From Basidiobolus meristosporus CBS 931.73 (taxonomy: Eukaryota; Fungi; Basidiobolomycota): 64,000 bases of DNA. Location: assembly GCA_002104905.1 (NCBI GenBank), contig MCFE01000073.1, positions 121,180 to 185,179 of the forward strand, written 5' to 3'. Numbering within the stretch: the stretch's first letter is position 1; each line of letters opens with the position of its first letter. Below are positions 55,801 through 64,000 of the stretch, piece by piece. The notes under the pieces are model-generated. The model made no database searches. It was given only the letters and a program-made list of their open reading frames with translations, and was not told the origin of the DNA. A program made the translations under genes and the position numbers.

Positions 55801-57513
55801 AAATATATAAGTTTTGTTCTATGGTTCTGTATATCTTAATTTAATCACATTAATGGCTGTTTCCACATCAAACAAGAATCTTAAGCCAGGGGAATATGTA
55901 GAAAAGTAGCCTTACACTATAAACAAAGGTATAGACAGTACCTGAAATTGTTATAACAGACACAGCAACTGAGCTGGGCTATGCATTTTGTGCAACAGCC
56001 ATGTACAGTAGATGACCATGGTGGTACATTATCTTATTGCTCCTTGACATATCTTTAGCAAGCCAAACCCTACCAAATTCCATCAGCCAATAAATAGAAC
56101 TCTAGAGGAGCTACTTTGCTGTTTGACAAGATAGAGGTATGCAGTTAGAAGTGTCATTTTACTGATATCCAGCTCTTGTTGCCTTTTGTTCAGGATGGGT
56201 ATATGCCATACCTCTGGTAACCACTCAATATTGCTTTACCAAAGTACTGTGGTGCTGCATGCAGGTTTGCTTGAACTTTCAGATAGATAATTACTAACTA
56301 CTAGCTACCCTTTGCAAAAAAATTGATGAAGGCCTACAGAAGGCCAGCAAAATACTCTATCAATTTTAAGTCTCCTCAAAGCTACAACTACCCACATCTG
56401 TAGTCAAGGCTACTTTTAGGATCTATGGATGTATAGCATGGAACAACTTAAGTCTAATTAGCCCTAGTCACAACTTAGGTAGCAGCCCAATTACTTTTCC
56501 CTGGGTTAAAAGCATTTGAAGATTCTATAAAATTCACCAGCTAAACTCCATCTAAATGCCAGGATGATTCCAGCTCAGTTGTATCTAGTGAATAAGAAAT
56601 CCTAGTTTAGATTCTTTATAGGTCCTAGTTAGCCAGTTTGATTTATGCCCCATGCATTTGTATATTTTACATATTGACTTTGAACAGTATCTGTTCACAA
56701 TAATGCAACTTCTATCTGTGGCTTGCTATGATGAGCAAAAGTAGAAATCATCAGAAATTGATTTCCATAGTGTGACTAGTGATACTTCAAAAGGATATTT
56801 TTCCAGTGGTGAGCATTATTCAAATGTGGCTCAGCTTTACAATGCAGCACAACTTATACCCCTACATGACCACTCTCAGTGAGTCACTACCACAGACAAA
56901 AAAATACCTTGAACTGGGATAGTATGACCAAAATGTAGCATCTTGACTAACATAAAGCCTTTTATGCAACAAATTGCAGTGCAATAAGCACTCTGATTTT
57001 TCATCAAGAGTAAAGTACTGAACAGAGTTATGCACAATCTATACTTACTATGCCAATATAGCATGAAATGCTGAGACCCAAAAACACTCATCAAATGATA
57101 TCTTTGCTAGCTATATTCTCCTGAAGTCAGCTAGCTGGTGAATATCACTGCTTAGCAATGGCTGAATTGTTTGTAGTAGAAGGGGTCTGATGCTAGAAAT
57201 GCATAGTATTTACAGCCAGTACACTATACCTTTCTTTCAGGATAAAAATTGGCTTTTCCACTGATAATAATGGAATTAAACCATTTTCTTCTGGCTCAGT
57301 TATACTAAATATAGGTCAGCTTGCATTTTACATGAGACCTAGGAGGACTTCCAGTTATCTACCTACTATAAGCTGTTTAGAAAGGGTGATTACTCCTTTG
57401 TAGTATGATAGATGCCACACTCATTGCCACAGCTGTGAATCAATATATTTAGGGGGGGGAGACAGTCACCAACAGGTGAAATCTTTATTTCAGTTGAAAC
57501 AAAGAAGCCAGTG

Positions 57514-60282
57514 CTACTGTTGTAGCTTTGATACAAGAGTGTGTAGCTGAGGGGAATTTGTAGGTAAGTTAATAAGAAGTGATGATAGTTCTTCAGTGCT
57601 CAAGACACTGTTCAGTGGGAAGGGGGGTAGCAAGAGAGGTAAGAATGACTTGTGAACAACATTAATGAGGGGAATGTGATAAGGATTGATATTCATCATA
57701 AAGGGAGTGTGCTGCTGCAGATATTGCTGCCAAAGGTCTGTCAAGTACTTCAGGTAGGCCAGCTTGGGTTTTTCTGACTGCAGAATAAATTCAGCAAGCT
57801 TCTTGACTTCAGGATCTCCAAGTATAGTTCTCCAGCAGGAGCCAGGTGTAGTGTGGTGTGTTCTCTTCCAGGCCTTAATCAGTGGGTTGTTGCAGTTGTG
57901 AAGTCTGAGGTATAATCTGGTTCTAAGGTAGAGAAGTCTGATCTTATAGGGCATAAACCCAAAAGCACCAAGAATAGCATGTCTGTAGGGGCATTCAGGC
58001 AAATGAGGCACCAAGGAGGTAATGCACCATACTGCAAACTTGTCAAGCTTAGTGCAGTCTCTAGAAGTAAGAGAGAGAAGTGGTAAGCCAAATTCCAGGA
58101 CAGGGAAGACAAACTGCTTGAGTAGAAGGAGGCAGCTGGGAGCTGAAGTTGTAGGAGGAGTAACAGCCAGTAGCTTGTGGAGTGCCTGTCTTGCCAGGAT
58201 AATTCTCTTCTTCAGGTGTGCTCCAGAGTCTAGTCCAGTAGGAAGGAAAGGAAAGCCAAGATATGTAGCAGAAACCTGAGCAGGTAGAGTGGAGTTCTCC
58301 AAGTTGATGGGAGAGCCCAAAGGTACTGTCTTTGCAATGGAAAGCTGGAGATTATTCTTCTGCAGATACTGCTGGATGGTCTGGGAGTCTTGTTGCACAT
58401 TGGAGGAGGATATTCTGATGTCATCAGCATAGAGAGTAACCAGGCAGTCCGCTGAGAGTCTTGGGAAATCATTCAGGAAGATGGCAAACAGTATAGGACC
58501 AAGCACAGAGCCTTGAACCACTCCATTAGGAACTGAGAACACAGCTGATTGCTCACTTGGGTGCAGAATTCTTGCTTGTGGATCCAGAAACAGAGACCTG
58601 ACAAGGTGGGTGAGAGAGGTACTGGAGAAGCATTGCAACTTGGACCAAAGCAGATTTCTGTCAACTGAATCAAAGGCCTTAGTAATATCAAACAGAACAG
58701 AGGGATACTTGCACTGGAGAGAGTGATCTTGGCTAAGTATGACTGCATATTCCAAGGAGAGGCCAGGAACAAAGCCAAACTGTGCAGGATGAAACTTGAG
58801 AGAGTCAGAGTAGAGCTCTTGAGCAAGCAGAAGCTCAAACACCTTTCTGCAGGTGGGCAGCAGAGATATTGGCCTGTAGGAGCTAGGATCCAGGTGCTTT
58901 CCTTTACCCTTGTACAGTGGCAGAACATTTGCAAAGGACCATTCCTCAGGAGTAGAAAGCTGGCCTGAGCATTGCTGAAACAGTGGAAGCAGAAGTGCAG
59001 ACATGGCCTTGGTACTAGTCTTCAGAAGCTCATAAGAGATTGTGTCCACACCTGGAGCAGTAGAGTTGGGAAGCCTCTTGAGCACATTATGGATTCTCCT
59101 TTGATCAAGTGCAAGTGGGATGGGCAGAGTCTTGAAGTCAGGATGAAAGCCAGGAGTTGAGTACTGCTTTGTAGAGAAGAAGATGTTAGCCAGCTGTTCT
59201 GTTGAAGGTAACTTCCAGGAAGAGGGCCTCATTGCCCTGTAGAGTCTTGATACTGTTCTTGTTATAGAGTTGGAAGATTGCAGAGGCAAAGAACTCATAA
59301 TATGATCCCAGAGCTGAGTATGCAGAGTGTGGTGAATTGCCTTGGAGTGGTGTATTGCTGTCAGGAGGAGTTTCTCTGTTTTTGGGTTAGGGAAACTCAG
59401 GTAGCTTTGTTGCAGGGCTGAAACAATGGATTCCCATTTTCTTGAGGTAACAGCAGTAGTCTTGCATGGCAGTGAGAGGGAGGCAGACACCAGAATCAGA
59501 TGCTTCACAAAGAGCCAGGCATAGTTGAGATCATCTGGCAGAGAAAGTAGCAAACTGGCAAGCTTCAAGTAGTTCCCAAAGTCTTTCTTCTGATTCTTGG
59601 TAGCTTTGTGGGTGAGCACAGTAAGTTTTGGCAGCTTCTTCTTCACCACTGGTTGCATAGAAAGGGACCAGGCTGGGTGGTCAGAGGCTCTCAAGGATCC
59701 TAGCTCAGCTCCAGAGAATTGCTTGACTTCATTCACAAAGTAGAAGGCAGCAGCAGAAGGGCAGATCCAGTCAACACATCTTTTCTCAGATTGAGCACCT
59801 AGTGCTAGCAGATGGCTTTCTCTCAGGAAGTTCAGTAGGAATGTAGACCTTGGCTTCATTCTTGCAGTCAGAGTAGTCTTGTTCTCAGGATGGGGAATGT
59901 TGAGATCTCCAAGCAAGATAACAGGTGTTGATATAGATTGTTGGTATTGCTGAACCTTCTGGCATATAACTTGCACTTCCTGAAGGGCAAGACTTGGAGG
60001 CAGATAGCAGAGCACCAGACTGATAGTTGGCAACTGGAGAGCAGCACAGTAAGGGGAGTAAAGAGGAACACAGAGATGAGGAGTATTGATGGTAGAAGAG
60101 ATGAAGCAGATAGAGGAGGTATTCTTTGTTCTAGGAGTAGAAAAGCAATATAGATTAGTCAAAAGTATAGAGGGTAGCTGGACATCAATCAAACACAGGA
60201 GGGAAAATCTTGAAAGAAGTCTCTCTAGAGTTGGTCTTGATGGCTGTATGCTGTTGCAGTTAAGCAACAGAACTTCAGGTAG
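57514..60282 (-). CDS. LINE ORF2: APE-type endonuclease + reverse transcriptase
   Basis: LLNCNS, YLPPS, LLGDLN and SDH (APE); APGVD, SYRPISLL, QFGF, DITKAFDSV, QGSVLGPILF and YADD (RT). Uninterrupted for more than 900 codons. Confidence 0.93.
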   Translation of the reverse strand, partial: LPEVLLLNCNSIQPSRPTLERLLSRFSLLCLIDVQLPSILLTNLYCFSTPRTKNTSSICFISSTINTPHLCVPLYSPYCAALQLPTISLVLCYLPPSLALQEVQVICQKVQQYQQSISTPVILLGDLNIPHPENKTTLTARMKPRSTFLLNFLRESHLLALGAQSEKRCVDWICPSAAAFYFVNEVKQFSGAELGSLRASDHPAWSLSMQPVVKKKLPKLTVLTHKATKNQKKDFGNYLKLASLLLSLPDDLNYAWLFVKHLILVSASLSLPCKTTAVTSRKWESIVSALQQSYLSFPNPKTEKLLLTAIHHSKAIHHTLHTQLWDHIMSSLPLQSSNSITRTVSRLYRAMRPSSWKLPSTEQLANIFFSTKQYSTPGFHPDFKTLPIPLALDQRRIHNVLKRLPNSTAPGVDTISYELLKTSTKAMSALLLPLFQQCSGQLSTPEEWSFANVLPLYKGKGKHLDPSSYRPISLLPTCRKVFELLLAQELYSDSLKFHPAQFGFVPGLSLEYAVILSQDHSLQCKYPSVLFDITKAFDSVDRNLLWSKLQCFSSTSLTHLVRSLFLDPQARILHPSEQSAVFSVPNGVVQGSVLGPILFAIFLNDFPRLSADCLVTLYADDIRISSSNVQQDSQTIQQYLQKNNLQLSIAKTVPLGSPINLENSTLPAQVSATYLGFPFLPTGLDSGAHLKKRIILARQALHKLLAVTPPTTSAPSCLLLLKQFVFPVLEFGLPLLSLTSRDCTKLDKFAVWCITSLVPHLPECPYRHAILGAFGFMPYKIRLLYLRTRLYLRLHNCNNPLIKAWKRTHHTTPGSCWRTILGDPEVKKLAEFILQSEKPKLAYLKYLTDLWQQYLQQHTPFMMNINPYHIPLINVVHKSFLPLLLPPFPLNSVLSTEELSSLLINLPTNSPQLHTLVSKLQQ

Positions 60283-61790
60283 TCAGGCAGAGGTTGTAGC
60301 TTCTTCAGAGGCAGCATTAACAATGTGACCTGCAGAGTCCCAGAGCTCTTCAAATGGTGCATCACTTAAGTCAGCAAGGAGGGAAATGGCATGATTCTTG
60401 AGGAAGTATGCCACATCATAGGAGGGGGCTTGTCTCTTGATGGCAACAAAGAAAGACAGAATGGCAACATGGGCTGGAGGCTTGTTGAACAGTAGAGAGT
60501 CAGAGGATTCAGATTCTTCAGGCACTATCTTGAAGTCAGTTTTCAGCCAGTTAAGGTTCTTCTCCACAAAGGCAACAAATGGGTCAGCAATGTTTTGGTC
60601 TAGGATAACCTCCAGAATCTTCCCTTTTCTCCAGGCCAGGTTGACAATTCTTGAGAGCTGAATATTGCATGCCTTGAGTGCTTTCCTGATGTTGGAAATG
60701 GGAGTCCAGGGAACTTGCTTCAAGTACACCACAGTCCAGGTAGAAGCTGGTGGTAGGTTTGCTGGGGGCTTGTAAGTCCTTCTGTGTTGCAATGGAGCTG
60801 CAGTAGTCAGATTGGAGTCCACATTCTCAGTAGAAGGTTTTCTTGATGTTCTTGCTGAATAGTACTGGAGCTGGATGTGCTGATGATTCTTGCTAGAACC
60901 TTGCCTGCATAAGTCTGAGGTATAGCTGAGGTGACTGTAGAGGTGGTGGCAGCTGGTGCAGGTGGAGAGGCAGAGACTGAAGCAGGAACTGAGGTCACCT
61001 GGGAGAAGGCAGTGGAAGCAGGTTTTCTGGGAGGAACAGAGTTCACTATCCAGTTGTTCTGTAAAACACTGGAGTAGCTTTTCTGTGGAACAGGATCTTG
61101 CTCTTGAACAGGAACAGAAGCAGGAGGCTGGGGCTGAGCAGTAGTGGTAAGGCAGTGGCACTCCAAGGAAGCTTTTTGCAAGGCATCTCTGGCAGTTTTC
61201 AGGGCAGTATTGGCTTCATTCTTGAGCTTCTTGCATTGGGCATCCAGTCTCTTGTTTTCAATAGCCAGGGCAGTATTGGCAGCCTCTAAATCAGCAATTC
61301 TCTTCTCAACTGCAAGGAATCTCTGAAGAAATGCATCAGTAGAAGTGCTGGCATCTGGGAGAGCAGTGGCAGGAATAGAGTCCATTGACAGTGGGCTTCT
61401 TGGAGGCAAGGAAAGTGGACTGGCAGATTCAGGCACAAAAGGAGATATCCTGGCAGGAGGAGAAGGAGTATCCAAGGCAGTAACAGAGGCAATTCTTGTT
61501 GGTGAAGCAGCAGCAGGGGAGGCAAGCCTGTTCAGAAACTGGGCAGGAGAGAGTGCTTGAGGAGAGGGAGTCTTCAGCTTGCCAAGCATGTCTTCCATCA
61601 GAGTGATACCAATATTCCTGGTGCATTTGCAGAGAAAAGTAAGCTTCCTGAGTCTGCCAGCTCTTCCATTCCTTCTGATAGTTCCTTTGTTTCCACAGTT
61701 GGGGCAAGAAATCTTCTTGACAGACTTGTCAAAGCAATCAAGAACCTTCCTTTCAGGTGTAGTGGGCTCCTGTTGAGGTTTTGGTGGCAT
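60283..61790 (-). CDS. LINE ORF1 (Zn ribbon, coiled coil, C-terminal domain); single -1/+2 frameshift near 60870
   Basis: CPNCG..CKC; heptad stretch LAVEKRIADLEAANTALAIENKRL; C-terminal WTVVYL..PISNIRKAL..LSRIVNL..LEVILD in the second frame. Confidence 0.75.
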
Positions 61791-62018
61791 ATCCAGAGTT
61801 TCAGCTTCAAATTTCAATTTTTGAGATTTTTGGGTGATTTTTGATGGGCGGGATCAAAATTAGGGTTAGGGTTGCGCGCTGTGACTGCTTTTTACGATCG
61901 CAAGGTCAGATCCTAGGAAAAATAAAAATAGTTAGTAAAGGTGATTTAATGGATGGATGGATGGATTCGGAGTCAGATTCAATCAAAAAATCAAATTGTT
62001 GACTAATTTAAAGAGCAT

Positions 62019-62144
62019 TTAGGGGGGGAGACAGTCACCAACCGGTGAAATCTTTATTTCAGTTGAAACAAAGAAGCCAGCGCTACTGTTGTAGCTTTGA
62101 TACAAGAGTGTGTAGCTGAGGGGAATTAGTAGGTAAGTTAATAA
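62019..62144 (-). mobile_element. 5'-truncated (about 125 bp) copy of the same LINE 3' end
   Basis: Near-identical to 57449-57577, with a few substitutions. Confidence 0.9.
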
Positions 62145-62668
62145 GGGGGAGGAAAGTCACCAAGTGGTGAAATACTTTATTTACTTATGACAAGTATCTA
62201 AAGAAGCCAAGTTAATCTGAAGTAATTCCTAGAAAGCTAGGTCTGAGAGATATCTTCCTGGTAAGCCAGGTCTGAGAGTTGAGAAGCTGAGTGGTACTAT
62301 ATTTCCTAGTTAGCTAGGTCTGAGAGAGGTTTCCTGGAAAGCCAGGCCTGAGAAGTGAGAATCTGAATATATCTGAGCTAAGTTATACTGGTTTTGTGGT
62401 AGCTGAATTGTGGCCGGAATGGCCAGTAGACTAGGGGAACTGAGATGAATTTCTGGGCGATCACTGGCCAAATTTACTAGGCAAATCTGCACCAATTAGC
62501 ATTTCAAGGATTTCAGCCAATCAGAGCCTTTACTTTGCCCGATGGTTGATCAAGCCATCTCCCAATGAGCACACATCAATTTATTGATCAAATTTTGCTG
62601 GATCCAGGATTTGAACCCACAACCATGGGTATGGAAGGGTTAGGGATAACCACAAGGCTAAGTGTTCT
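62145..62668 (-). mobile_element. Candidate tRNA-derived SINE sharing the LINE 3' tail
   Basis: A-box-like TAGCCTTGTGG (62660-62650) and B-box-like GGTTCAAATCC (62617-62607) at tRNA spacing; internal dimer repeat; 3' AATAAA-TTTCACC..GGTGAC-C-rich tail. Confidence 0.6.
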
Positions 62669-62670
62669 TG

Positions 62671-64000
62671 GTTAGGGTTAGGGGAGGGAAAGTCACCAAA
62701 GTAGGTGAAATCTTTATTTGATTTCAGACAAGTCTAACTACAAATAAAGAAGCCAGCTGGGAATAGAAGATTCCCAAAGTAAACACTAAGTTGAATATGA
62801 ATAAATCTAAGCTAAAGTTAAGGCAGTATCCCAGAGTACACTGGAGTTCAGGTTCATGGGGGAGTGAAGTAGATAAGCTTGAGAGATATAATAATCTTTT
62901 AAGAAGTGGGTAACAGCAGGTGAAGGGGAGTTTTTGATAAGTGAAGTGAATCTTGAGATCAGAGATTCCTCTAATGAGAAGGTCTTGTAAACTGGAGAAT
63001 CAGGAAACTCTTTAAAGGCATGGTCAGTAGGTTCCCAGTAAAACTGGTCAGAGACATTTTGAGAGAATTGCTTTAGCAATACTTTTGTCAAGTACTACCT
63101 CCAGAGTGTGATGGTTGATAAATCTCATGTTGACAATCTTGGATAAGTTGTAACCTTGTTGCTTGAGATACATCCTATGCTCAGATATAGGAATAAACTC
63201 CACATTGGCAAAGTAGCAGACAGCCCAGTCAGTAGCAGGAGGCAAATCAGAAGTGGCAGGAAACTTTCTTTTGGTCTTGGGAGGAGCAGCAGGATGTCTT
63301 GAGGAAGCAGGAACAGACTTTTTGACAACTTCAGAGTAGGAAGAGTGAGCAGGAGCAGATGATTCTTGGGGAGTCTTGTTGGCAGGAAGAGTTGGCACAG
63401 GGACAATAGATTCTTGCAGATCAGAGAAGGCAGAAAAGAGCTTTTGAACTTGTTTCTTGAGTAGAGCATTTTCAGCTTCAACAAGTGCAAGCCTTTCCTC
63501 AAGGAAAGAAATCTGAAGGGAATGGAGTGAAGGCATAAGAAATAAGAAGAAGAGGGTAAGATGGGGTGGGTGGGTGGGAAAATTAGCAGGGAGAAGAGAA
63601 GGAAGGAGCAAAAATTCCAGAAGTCAGAATTTATAGATGGATGGACAAGGGTAGATGGATGGATTATTCCTGGGTTAGGAAAATTAGCAGGGAGAAGAGA
63701 AGGAAGGAGCAAAAATTCCAGAAGTCAGAATTTATAGATGGATGGATTATTCCTGGGTTAGGAAAATTAGCAGGGAGAAGAGAAGGAAGGAGCAAAAATT
63801 CCAGAAGTCAGAATTTATAGATGGATGGACAAGGGTAGATGGATGGATTATTCCTGGGTTAGGAAAATTAGCAGGGAGAAGAGAAGGAAGGAGCAAAAAT
63901 TCCAGAAGTCAGAATTTATAGATGGATGGACAAGGGTAGATGGATGGATTATTCCTGGGTTAGGAAAATTAGCAGGGAGAAGAGAAGGAAGGAGCAAAAA
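62671..64000 (-). mobile_element. ORF1-only non-autonomous retroelement (no RT), 5' end outside window
   Basis: ORF 63536 to 62807 (one frameshift near 63075) is homologous to LINE ORF1. A short 3' UTR follows, with the shared hairpin and a CCCCTAACCCTAACC tail. Confidence 0.75.
63577..64000. repeat. 101-bp tandem repeat containing GGGTTAGG
   Basis: Unit starts at 63577, 63678, 63761, 63862 and 63963 (one 83-bp unit). Confidence 0.92.

Larger units (their letters stand above)
57449..61873 (-). mobile_element. Near-full-length non-LTR retrotransposon (ORF1 + APE-RT ORF2) bounded by telomere-type repeats
   Basis: 3' end reads AATAAA-hairpin-C8-TAA. 5' region contains (CCCTAA)2 at 61860-61873. 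ORF1 and ORF2 are listed separately. Confidence 0.92.

Noticed and set aside
55850-57440. Possible Copia gag or 5' LTR
   Set aside because: CpG-poor and heavily decayed. I found no gag motif, primer-binding site or second LTR to support a call.
57460-57490. Hammerhead ribozyme or Penelope-like element at the GGTGAAA hairpins
   Set aside because: No CTGANGA core lies next to the stem, and the RT motifs (QGSVLGP, YADD, APE domain) are LINE-type rather than PLE-type.
63577-64000. CRISPR-like array
   Set aside because: Contiguous tandem units with no unique spacers, in a eukaryotic context with no cas genes.

Overview
Intron-rich genomic DNA from an early-diverging fungus (Zoopagomycota/Mucoromycota-like, e.g. 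Basidiobolus; this assignment is inference). 1-35 kb is gene-dense and mostly housekeeping: WBP11, GPX, ferredoxin, Dap1, a Nem1-like phosphatase, PFK2/FBPase2, DCP2 (with an AT-AC minor intron), a PH-domain protein, Dsk2, COP-epsilon, AP-3 mu, SND2 and SPB1. It is interrupted by an amplified locus of four protein-identical, intronless HPPD genes plus a fragment, next to an intronless prephenate dehydratase. 35-52 kb is accessory-like: two secreted proteins sharing a C-terminal chitin-binding module (one is a GH72), a carboxylesterase pseudogene, LTR relics, an LtaS/sulfatase-like gene, tRNA-Arg and an apolipoprotein-like gene. 52-64 kb is almost CpG-free repeat DNA: a decayed Copia, then a head-to-tail minus-strand array of four retroelement units. 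These are an APE-RT LINE, a 3' fragment of it, a tRNA-headed SINE-like unit and an ORF1-only unit. All four share a 3' hairpin and a C-rich tail joined at TTAGGG or TTAGGG-like sequence, which suggests a telomere-associated retroelement system. Exon boundaries were read by eye, and some gene ends are approximate.
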